DNA of 64,000 bases, taken from assembly GCF_009914755.1 (NCBI RefSeq), contig NC_060947.1; one strand, written 5' to 3'. The stretch's first letter is position 1. Every line of letters begins with the position of its first letter. Both the position numbers and the translations under genes were made by a program. The notes under the pieces were generated by a model. That model was not told the DNA's origin. It did not search any database and saw only the letters and a list, made by a program, of their open reading frames with translations. Source of the stretch: the human T2T-CHM13v2.0 reference genome, Homo sapiens. This document shows, in pieces, positions 47,675 through 64,000 of this stretch.

Positions 47675-48724
47675 AACACCTACTCAACACAATAGGATTG
47701 GGAAGTTTTAAAGGGCAATGGAAGATTGGTAGTGTGTATTCATTTTCTATTGTTCTGGGTATAGGGCACTTCTGGGAAAGGTCAGCTCAAATAGAGGACA
47801 TAAGTTGGAGGCCATCAAAAGTTGGGGGAATTATAAGGGTCTCGGGTTCGTGGAGGACTCTGAATGTCTACAAAAGCCAGGCCAGCTTACTGCCATTTTC
47901 CTAGTGCCTCCAAGGATACATTTTCTAGGCATAGCCAGTGGTTCTCTCATTTCCACAAGATGCACAATTTCTCACTTTTGGAACTAATTTTTGTTAATCC
48001 AAAAAGAAGACCTCTTGGAACCAGATAGGCACTTGAGTGGAACCATTAGAGGGAGGAAGCCTCTTCTATTTCTAAGCTGCTCAGGCTGGCATCATAAAGC
48101 ACTGCTTAGGGCCTAACTCACATGTTGTTCAACTAGAGGTTGATTTTTGTCTTTTAAAAGGCAGCAGGCTTCCCTGGGGTGTTGGGTAGAAGCTTTGAAG
48201 ATATGGCACATGGAATGAGTTGACATATTCAATCCATTTTTCCCAGAAGAACGAAAGGCAGGGCCACTTCCCTGTTAGCCTTGGTGTGATTTCCTCACTA
48301 TACACCACAGACTCAGGAATCGAAGATCTTTCAGCTAGAGGTTGTTGTCTAAGAGTTGGGACTGAAGCCACAGAGGGCAACCAGAAAGCTTCCTGTAACC
48401 CTGCTGACCTGCCTGGCAGTTGGAAAGGCAGGATTCTTTCTCCAGGACTTGAAATTGCCTCCCCCTTTTCATTAAAAATGAAATCTCATGAAATTTAGAC
48501 GTTCATAAGGTTGCAATGTTTATTTGCTGAATTGGCCTTTAATGGTCTCTTATTTCTCATCTGTGCTTTCCTGTGTTCCAGCCTCATGTCAGTGTGCTAT
48601 AACACAAAGAAAATATCCCCTTCTCAGCAAAAAAGTTTGAGGCTTATAAATGACAAATAGCTGAGAAGGGAGAGAAGCTGTGCCTTCATTGGATACATAA
48701 GTTTACAGTGTGTCAACACTTACT

Positions 48725-53475
<4,751 letters not shown>

Positions 53476-56438
53476 TTCTATTTTGTTTTTTAATTTCCCC
53501 AGTGAATCTTTGCATAAGTTAGGTAACCCTAAATACAAATCAAAAGTAAGGCCCTCCCCACAGAATAACTAGCAAGATTTTCAGCCATAATCACTTTGAC
53601 CAAATAATCATCATATGCAAGAATGCCCTTGGTATTTGCAAATTTTCCAAGATCTAAAAGTGTATCACTTTAAGAAGCCTTATTAAATGGGGAATGATGG
53701 CAAATTTAGCATTGTCACTATATCCTGTCAAGCTTTTTGGAAGGTAGTATAAGCTTTGATGCATGATGTAACTAATTCATTTATTTATTCACTCAGTAGA
53801 TATCTTTAAGAACCTACTGGGGTGATGTCAGCAAGAGGGTAGAATAGACTAGGAGATCCCAGGCTTTACTCCCTGAAACAGAAAGTCCAACTAGCAAACA
53901 TCCACAGAAAAGAATACCGTTTTGAAAACCCCAAAACATGAAAATGAGACTCATCCCCCTGAGTGGACCATGGAACCAAATAAAAACTACATTAGAAGGG
54001 TAAGAGAAATAGTCTCACTCTGCATTACCTCTCCTCTCCAAGTTGGCACTGTGCCACACACAGGATTCCCCTTCCCTCAGTTTCTACAGTGGGAATAGAG
54101 AACCACAGATGGACATTCAGTTTCCCTATCATTCCAAGACACTTTCCAGGAAGTCCATTCCTGGCCCACTTTAAGGAGAACACTGAGGTAATGATATGGC
54201 TAGAACGCCTGGTGTCAAGTAGAAACAAAGAAAGGAGACAGAGTTTACAGTGACTAGCACATGGATTTTGGCAGTAATTCTGTGTTCCAGCCAGTAGTGG
54301 CACCCAATCAGAAATACCAGAAAATGACACAGCCCACCAACAAAGCCAAGCTGGTCACTCCTAGAAACATAGTGGAAAGTTCAATCTGGCTTGAGTTCCT
54401 AGATGGCTAACCTTTATGCCCAGCCTCAGAGTCTACCCCAAGGCCCCACCTAGGCATAGAGATGTTCACGTCTGCATATTTTGGCAGAGCACAGGGACTA
54501 GATTTACCAGACCCAAGAGTTCAAACAGTGGCTCTGCTCAGCCTTAGAGCTGATTCCAAGGACCTGCCCAGGGAGGGAAATGCCCACCACTCAGCATTTC
54601 AAAAGAGCACAGAGGCAAAGGCCAAACCTGCCCAATCCAATAATCCAAATAGTGGCTCTGCCCAGCCTCAGAGCCCACACCAGGGTCCTTCCCAGGCAGG
54701 GAGACACCTGCCACTGCACATTTTTAATGATTATAGCTTCTGGACCCATCCATCTCAAGCAGTGACTCCCCCTAATCTCACAAGCCAGCCTGTAGCCTTG
54801 CCCAATTGCAAAACCCAAATAGAGGAAACAGCCAGGAAATATACCCTGTGACACTGCCTAATCAGAGGTGATGGCAGTGCCCAGCCAGCAGCTCCACCTA
54901 ATTATAAGAGCTCAGCCAGTGGTCTCAGCAGACAGTGAAGCCCAGCCAGCAACTCTACCTGACCTCAGAACTAAGAGAGCAGCCCAGCCAACTAGAGAGC
55001 CCAACAGCAAGCTCTGCCCACCAGGATCATTAGCAACTGGCCAATCCAGAATCACAGGCTATACTCCATAATGAAGATTGATCTCTGCCAAACACCTGTA
55101 AAGGCTGAAAAAGGTGGCTGTCTCCTCAAATGTGTAGAGACAGCAATGTAAGGCCAAAGGATTATGACAAATCAGGGAAATGTGACACCACAAAAAGAAA
55201 CAAACAAAGCCCCAACAATGGATCCTAAAGAAAGATCTACCATGACTGATGAAGAATTCAGAATAATCCCCTTAAGTAAATTCAGTGAACCACAAAAATA
55301 TAGGATAGAAAATTAAATAAAATTTGGAAAATAATACATGAACAAAATGGGAAATTTGACAAAGAAATATAAATAATTTTAAAAAATAAAAATCCTAGAG
55401 ATGAAGAAGATGACTGAAATAAATTCCACGGAAAGCTTCTGTAGCAGACTCAATTAAGCTAAATAAATAATCAATGAGCTAGAAGAGCAAATATTTGAAA
55501 TTATTCAATCAGAGGAACAAAAAGTAAAATGAATGAAGAAAGCCCACAGGAATTATGGGATGCATCAAGAGAACAAACATTTTCATAATAAGAATTTCAG
55601 AAGGAGAAGAAAGAATGAGAGCCAGAAAGCATGTTTAAAGGAATAATGGCTGAAACCCTTCCTTAAATGGGAAAAGATGCTAACATTTAGGTATAGAGAA
55701 TATAGAGGTTTCCAATCAGATACAACCCCCCTCAAAAAGGTCACCATGACACACAAACTATCAAACTATCAAAAATCAAAAACAAAGAAAAAATTCCGAC
55801 AGCAGCAATAAATTTTTAAAAATCACATACAAAAGAGTTCTAATACAGCTATCAGCGGACTTCTCAGCAGAAGTCTTACAAAGCAGGAAGGAGTGACATG
55901 ATATAGTCAAAGTGCTGAAGGACAAAAAAATCTGCCAACCAAGAATACTGTACCTGGCAAAGCTGTCCTTCAGAAATGAGGGAGAAATAAAAGTTTTCCC
56001 AGACAAACAAAAGCTAAGGGACTTCATCACCACTAGTGCTGCTTTATAGGAATTGCTAAAGGAATTTTGTTAAGCTGAAATAAAATCCACTAATTAACAA
56101 CATAAAACATATGAAAGCCCAAAATTCAATAATATAAGTAGTACAGAGCCATATTCAGAATATTCTAGAATTGTAATGGTGGTACATAAAGCAATTTGAT
56201 CTCTAATACGAGGTTTAAAAAGCAAAACTATTAAAAACAACTATAGCTAAAATAAATCATCAATGGATACAAGTTACAAAAGGATGTAAATTTTGACACC
56301 AAAAACATAAAATGATGGGGGGTAAAGGTGTAGAGTTGTTGTACGAGATAGAGTTAAGTTCTGATCAGCTTGAAATAGCCTATTATAACTACAAGATAGT
56401 TTTTCTAAGCCCCTGGGTAGCCACAAAGCAAAAATTTA

Positions 56439-56885
<447 letters not shown>

Positions 56886-57729
56886 TCAACCAGAAAACAA
56901 ACTACAAAATGGCAGTTATGTAAGTCCTTACCCATCAATAATTACTCTGAATGCAAATGGATTAAATTCTCCAATAAAAAGATATGGCTGAATGGATTTA
57001 AAAACAAATCTCAACTATATACTCCCTTCAGGAGACTCATCTCTCTTTTAAGAATACACATAGACTGAAAGTGAAGGAATGGAAAATGATATTCCATGCA
57101 AAAAGAAACCAAAAGAGAGCAGGAGTAGCTATACTTATGTTGGACAAAATATAGACTTCAAGGCAAAAGATATAATAAGAGACAAAGGACATTATATAAT
57201 GATAAATATGTCAATTTATCAAGAGGATATAACATTTTAATAAATATGCATCCAACATTGGAGCAACTAAATATATAAAGCAAACGTTAAAAGATCTGAA
57301 GGATGAGATAAATCGCAATACGATAATAGAAAGGGACTTCAGTAATCCAATTTCAGCAATGAACAGATCATCCAGACAGAAAGTTAAAAAGGAAATATTG
57401 GACTTAAACTACACTTTAGACCAAATGGACTTAACAAACATATATAGAATGTTCCATCCAACAGCAACAGAATACACATTCTTCTCAAGTGCACATGAAA
57501 CATCCTCCAGGACAGAACATAAATTATGTCACAAAGCAAGTCTTAGCAAATTTAAGAAGATTGAAATTATGTAAGTAACTTCTCCAACCATGATGGTGTG
57601 AAACTGGAAATAAATAACAGGAGAAATCTTGGAAAATTCACAAATATGTGAAAATTAAACAATATGCTTAAACAACTAATGGGCCAAAGGAGAAATCAAA
57701 AGGGAAATTTTAAAATATATTTTTAAAAA

Positions 57730-58062
57730 ATTATGTTCTTTGCAACAACATGGATGCAGCTGGAAGACATTATCCTAAGCAAATTAACTCAGGAACAGAA
57801 AACCAAATACATGCTCTCACTTATAAGAGGGAGCTAAACACTGGGTACTCATTGATATAAAGATGGCAACAATAGAATCTGGAGACTACTAGGGGGTGCA
57901 GGAGAGCAAGGGCTGAAAAACTACTATTAGGTACTGTGCTCATTACCTGGGTGACAGGATCGTTTGTACCCTAAACCTCTGCATCACGAAATATACCCAG
58001 GTAACAAACCTGCACATGTACCTCCTGAATCTAAAATAAAAGGTGAAAAAAAGAAATAAAAA
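57730..58062 (+). mobile_element. L1PB-type 3' end nested in the L1MA
   Basis: ctttgcaacaacatggatgcagctgg...aaaactactattaggtactgtgctc...ctaaaataaaaggtgaaaaaaa. Confidence 0.83.
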
Positions 58063-61000
58063 TGTTTCCAAGCCACAAATAGGGTATTTCAGAGTAAAGT
58101 CTCAAAAGTCCAGCAAGATTAATGAATCAAAAAATAACTGGTAGATTTTTCTGCACACTTTTTTCAGTTAAATATAAAGACAATGACCCATGTGGCTGTT
58201 AGAATATCCTTATATTACCAGTGTTTTAAAACTGCCACCTTGACTTATAAGTAACAAAATTATGATTTAGAGAAAAACCCACTTTTTGGTAGTAAGAGTA
58301 AATAAATACTTTGAAATACAGTAGTCAGAGACTCCACCAAAAACTGTTATAACTAATAAAAGTTGCAGAATACAAAATCAATACACAAAATCAGTAGCAT
58401 TTCTATACACTAATAGTGAACTATCTAAAAAAGAAATCAAGACAACATTCCCATTTGCGATAGCTACAAAAAATAAATAAAATAGGAATAAATTTAATCA
58501 AGGAATTGAAAAATCTGTACTCTCAAACCTATAAGACATTGATAAAAGAAATTGAAAAATACACAAATAAATGGAAAGATATTCCATGTTCATGGATTGG
58601 AAGAATTAATATTGTTAAAATATCCCTACTACCTAAAGTGGTCTACTGATTCAGTGCAATCCCTATCAAAATACCAATGTCATTTTTCACAGAAATAGAA
58701 TAAACAATCCCAAAATTCATATGGACTCACACACACAAAAACAACCCAAATAGCTAAGGCTTGTTCTTCTTGAGCAAGAAGAACAAACCTGGAGGCATCA
58801 TACTACCTGACATCAAACTATATTACAAAGCTATGGTAGTTAAAAAGGCATGGGACTGGCATAAAAAATACACATATTGACCAATGGAACAGAATAGAGA
58901 GCCCAGAAATGAACCCACACATTTACAATCAATTGATTTTTGACATGGGTGCCAATAACTAACACAATGGGAAAAGAACAGTCTTTTCAATAAAGGGTGT
59001 TGAGAAAACTAAATATCCACATGCATAAGAATGGAATTGGACCCTTATATCATACACAAATAAACTCAAAATGCATTAAAGACTTAAATGTATGACCTAA
59101 AGCTGTAAAACTATTGGAAGAAAATATAGGGGAAAAGCTCCTTGACATTGGTCTGGACAATGCTTGTTTTTACCCTAAAAGCTCAGGAAACAAAAGCAAA
59201 AATAGACAAATTGGATTACATCTAACCGAAAAGCTTCTACACAAAAAAGAAACAATTAACAGAGTGAAGAGACAACCTATGGATTGGGAGAAAATATTTT
59301 CAAGCCATACATCTGACAAGACGTTAATGTCCAAAATATATAAAGAACTCCTACAACTCAACAGCAGAAAAACAAATAACCCGACTTTAAAATGGGTGAA
59401 GAACCTGAATAGACATTTCTCAAAAGAAGACATACAAGTGGCCAACAGATTTATGAAAAATTGTCAACATCACTAATCATTAGGGAAATACAAATTTAAA
59501 ACCACTGTGAGATATTCTCTCACACCTGTCAGGATGGCTATTACCAAAAAGATGAAAGATAAGTGTTGAGGATGTGCCAAAAGGGAAACCACAGTACGCT
59601 ATTGCTGGGAATATAAATTAGTACAGTGCAGCCATTATGTACAACTCTATGTACATTCCTCAAAAAACTAAAAACAGAACTACCATATAATCTAGCAATC
59701 CCACTTCTGAATATATATCCAAACAATTTGAAATCAGTATGTTGAAGAGACACTTGCACTCCCATGTTCATTGCAGTGATATTCACAATAGTCAAGATAT
59801 GGAAGCAACCTAAGTGTCCACTAATAGATGAATGGATAAAGAAAATGCAGTACATATACAGAATGGAATACTATTCAATTTTTTAAAAGAAGGAAATTCT
59901 GTCATTTGTGACAACATGGATGAACCTGGAAGAAATTACACTAAGAGAAATAAGCCAGGCACAGAAAGACAAGTACCACATGATCTCACTTGTATGTGAG
60001 TCTAAATCAAACTCATAGAAGAAGCAGAGAGGAGAAAGGTCGTTAACAGAGGTTAGGAGGTGAGGGGAATTAGGAGATGTTAGTCAAAGCATACAGTTTC
60101 ACTTAGATAGAAGGAATGAGTTTTTTGAGATCTATTGCACAGCATGATGACTATCGTTAATAATGATATAATGTATATTTCAAAATTGCTAAGAGAGTAA
60201 ATTTCAAATGTTCTCACCACAAAAATGAATAAGCATTTAAGGTGATGGATATGTCAATTAGCTTGACTTAAGCATTTTACATTGTATACATATATCATAA
60301 CAACACTTTGTACCCCATAAATATATACAATTTTTAAAATTAACAAAATAAATATTTTGGTTATAAAACATACTTTTTATGTAAAAATTTTAAAAAATAA
60401 AAGAATCTATTACATTTTAGGCACCATGCTACACACTTAGGATGCAATAATAGCCAAGACAAACCCTGCCCTCACCAAGCTTAAGGGCTAAAATTTGGGA
60501 GACATACAATTAAAACAATTGCAATAATGTGTGATACATTTTGCAAGAGATTAACCTCTCAAGTGGCTGTGACAGTATGGTGGAGGGACATTTATTCTGG
60601 ATTTAGGAAAGGGTGTGAACTTAGGAAAAATTCACAGAGGTGATAAAATTACAGCTAAAACCAGAAGGATGAGTTAGCCTAGTATTGTGCAGGCTGTGAA
60701 CATGGCATATATTGGAAACTGAACCAATTTCATTACAGTTGGAGTATTAACTCAAAAGAGAGAGATCTGGTTTAAAAAAAATAAGGGTGGATAAGTCGAC
60801 AAACACCAGGTCATGAAAGGTTTTCTAAGACGCGTTAAGAAATTCAGACATTTTTCTTAGGCAATGGGAAGCCACTAAAGGCTTTTGAGGAGGGAAGTGA
60901 CATGATCAGATTTATAGTTTAAAAAGACACTATAGCTGCTACATACAGAGCAGGTTGGAGGAGAGGGCAAGAGTGGAAGCAGGAAGACCAATTAGGAGGT

Positions 61001-61357
61001 CATTGCAGTTGCCCAACAGAGGAATGATGGTAGCCTGGAGGAGAGTGGTAGTCCACAGTGCAGTGGTGGAAATGTAGAAGAGTGGAGATATTCAAGTGAT
61101 ATTTAGGAGATAAGATGAACAGGACCTGGCAATTGACTGAATGTGGAAGAGGTGAAAAAGGAAGGTGTCAAGGATGAGTCCTTGATTTAGGACATAAGCA
61201 ACTGGGTGATTCGTGATGACATTCACTGAGATAAAGAGCACTGGAGAAGGAGCAAACAAGGGTAGCTGGAGGAAGAGAAAAAAGATGAGTTTAGTTTTGG
61301 AATTCTTTTTTTCTAGAAGTTGTACAATTTTATTTTTATATTTGTCTCTGTGATCCA

Positions 61358-63038
61358 TTTTTTTTAATTATAAGTTCTGGGATACATGTGCAGAAGGTGC
61401 AGGTTTGTTACATAGCTATACACGTGCCATGGTGGTTTGTTGCACCCATCAACCCATCATCTACATTAGGTATTTCTCCTAATGCTATCCCTCCTCTAGT
61501 CCCCCACCCCCAATAGGCCCCGGTGTGTGATGTTCCCCTCTCTGTGTGCATGTGTTCTCATTGTTCAAGACCCACTTATGAGTGAGAACATGCAGTGTTT
61601 GGTTTTCTGTTCCTGTGTTAGTTTGCTGAGAAGGATGGTTTCCAGCTTCATCCACGTCCCTGCAAAGGACATGAACTCATCGTTTTTTATGGCTGCATAG
61701 TTTTCCATGGTATATATGGGCCACATTTTCTTTATCCAGTCTATCCTTGATGGGCATTTGGGTTGGTTCCAAGTCTTTGCTATTGTGAACAGTGCTGCAA
61801 TAAACACATGTGTGCGTGTGTCTTTATAGTAGAATGATTTGTAATCCTTTGGGTACGTACCCAGTAATGGGATTGCTGGGTTCAATGGTATTTCTGGTTC
61901 TACATCCTTGAGGAATTGCCACACTGTCTTCCACACTGGATGAACTAATTTACACTCCCACCAACAGTGTAAAAGCATTCCTATTTCTCCGCATCCTCTC
62001 CAGCATCTGTTGTTTCCTGACTTTTTAATGACTGCCATTCTAACTGGAGTGAGTGGGTATCTCATTGTGGTTTTGATTTGCATTCTCTAGTGACCAGTGA
62101 TGATGAGCTTTTTTACATATGTTAGTTGGCTGCATAAATGTCTTCTTTTTTTTATCTCTTAAAATTTTTTTTCTTTTTTTTTATTATTATTATACTTTAA
62201 GTTTTAGGGTACATGTGCACAATGTGCAGGTTAGTTACATATGTATACATGTGCCATGCTGGTGCCCTGCACCCACTAACTCGTCATCTAGCATTAGGTA
62301 TATCTCCCAATGCTATCCCTCCCCCCTCCCCCCACCCCACAACAGTCCCCAGAGTGTGATGTTCCCCTTCCTGTGTCCATGTGTTCTCATTGTTCACTTC
62401 CCACCTATGAGTGAGAATATGTGGTGTTTGGTTTTTTGTCCTGGCGATAGTTTACTGAGAATGATGATTTCCAGTTTCATCCATGTCCCTACAAAGGACA
62501 TGAACTCATCATTTTTTATGGCTGCATAGTATTCCATGGTGTATATGTGCCATATTTTCGTAATCCAGCCTATCATTGTTGGACATTTGGGTTGGTTCCA
62601 AGTCTTTGCTATTGTGAGTAGTGCCACAATAAACATACGTGTGCATGTGTCTTTATAGCAGCATGATTTATAGTCCTTCGGGTATATACCCAGTAATGGG
62701 ATGGCTGGGTCAAATGGTATTTCTAGTTCTAGATCCCTGAGGAATCGCCACACTGACTTCCACAATGGTTGAACTAGTTTACAGTCCCACCAACAGTGTA
62801 AAAGTGTTCCTATTTCTCCACATCCTCTCCAGCACCTGTTGTTTCCTGACTTTTTAATGATTGCCATTCTAACTGGTGTGAGATGGTATCTCATTGTGGT
62901 TTTGATTTGCATTTCTCTGACGGCCAGTGATGGTGAGCATTTTTTCATGTGTTTTTTGTCTGCATAAATGTCTTCTTTTGAGAAATGTCTTCTTTTGAGA
63001 AGTGGCTGTTCATATCCTTTGCCCACTTTTTGATGGGG
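61358..63038 (-). mobile_element. L1PA7-like 3' fragment (interrupted at 62150-62982)
   Basis: ORF 61565-62083 is the ORF2 C-terminus (...FSLISGS); taagttctgggatacatgtgcag 3' end. Confidence 0.9.
62150..62982 (-). mobile_element. L1PA2/3-like 3' fragment nested in the L1PA7
   Basis: TSD aaatgtcttctttt at 62136-62149 and 62983-62996; young 3'UTR (actaactcgtcatctagcattagg). Confidence 0.92.
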
Positions 63039-63039
63039 A

Positions 63040-63435
63040 TTTTTTAAAATTTTACTTCAAGTTCCGAGATACAAGTGCAGAATATGCAGGTTATTACATA
63101 GGTATACATGTGCCATGGTGGTTTGCTGCACCTATCAACCTGTCACCTAGGTTTTAAGCCCCACATGCATTGGCTATTTGTCCTGATGCTTTCCCTCCCC
63201 TTGCCCCACCCCCGACAGGCCTCACTGTGTGTTGCTCCCCCACTGTGTCCATGTGTTCTCATTGTTTGACTCCCACTTTGGAGTGAGAACATGTGGTGTT
63301 TGGTTTCCCGTTCCTGTGTTAGTTTGCTGAGGATAATAGCTTCTAGCTTCATCCATGTCCCTGCAAACGACGTGACCTCATTCCTTTTTATGGCTGAAAA
63401 GTATTCCATGGTGTATATGTACCAAATTTTCTTTA
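63040..63435 (-). mobile_element. L1PA15/16-like 3' fragment
   Basis: gtcacctaggttttaagccccacatgcattggctatttgtcctgatgc. Confidence 0.85.
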
Positions 63436-63957
63436 TAGTTTTAGAAATTTTGAGTATGCAGTACATGCGATATATGCAGATGGGAATGCCTAGTCAATAA
63501 TAGAGTCAGTAACAGGGCCGGAAATGTAACTTGAGAGTTATCATGATATAGAAATTATACTGTACTTGAAGCCATCAAATGAGATTGCAAAGGCAGAGAA
63601 TGTAGGATAACAAGTAAAAAGGTGTGAGGCTCAAGTCCTGAGAAATCCAGCATTTAAAGTTTAGGTGTAAGAGAATGAATACCCAAATGAGACTGAGAGG
63701 AAGAGGCCAGAGAAGTAAAAGGAAAACCTGGAGAGCTGTATCACAAAAAACATGTTAAGGGAGTGTGTTGGGCAATGGGGAGTAGTCAACAATGCAGTAT
63801 GCTGCTGAGAAGCCAAGCAAGATGGGGACTAAGTGCTTCCTGGATTTAATGACATTAAGATAATTTTCTATTCCTGGGTCTCAGTCTTCTCACTCTTAAA
63901 ATGTAGTGATTGCTCTGAACTTGATTTCACTCAAATGCAATCAAAGTACTTTCACTT

Positions 63958-64000
63958 GGCCAGGCGCTGTGGCTCATGCCTGTAATCCCAGCACTTTGGG
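63958..64000 (+). mobile_element. Alu 5' end (runs off the window)
   Basis: ggccaggcgctgtggctcatgcctgtaatcccagcactttggg. Confidence 0.93.

Larger units (their letters stand above)
60412..63860 (-). mobile_element. L2 remnant (3' end at about 53775-53818; continues 60412-61304 and 63436-63860)
   Basis: ggcaatgggaagccactaaagg...gtgacatgatcagattt, gaagaccaattaggaggtcattgcag, gagactgagaggaagaggccag. Confidence 0.8.

Noticed and set aside
62150-62165. ttttaagagat between two A-runs as a 3' transduction
   Set aside because: About 11 nt is too short to distinguish from tail decay.

Overview
Primate (most likely human/great-ape) non-coding DNA. I see no host protein-coding exon, RNA gene or CRISPR array, and every long ORF in the track is L1-, Alu-, ERV-L- or simple-repeat-derived. 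By my rough sum about 60% is LINE-1: three long co-oriented L1PA copies (1-3633, 12768-18523, 48725-53475), two L1M1-type copies, a near full-length L1MA with TSD, and several nested 3' fragments. There are also 9 Alus (all + strand), MaLR/ERVL LTRs, MIR, L2, DNA-transposon MITEs, STRs and a few unique islands (about 21-22.5, 31-31.6, 33-35 and 47.7-48.7 kb) that may be regulatory. I find no new multi-gene system. The most notable signals are: (i) private mutations, including a stop codon and a 3-nt deletion, shared between neighbouring L1s of different subfamilies, suggesting local gene conversion; (ii) a deletion junction that fuses the L1 antisense ORF0 start to a new hydrophobic tail; (iii) several 3' transductions, one with a twin-priming inversion; (iv) a young L1 whose 5' end coincides with the homologous position of the older L1 it inserted into; (v) a composite Alu inside one TSD. 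All subfamily names come from my recall of consensus sequences, not from a RepeatMasker run.
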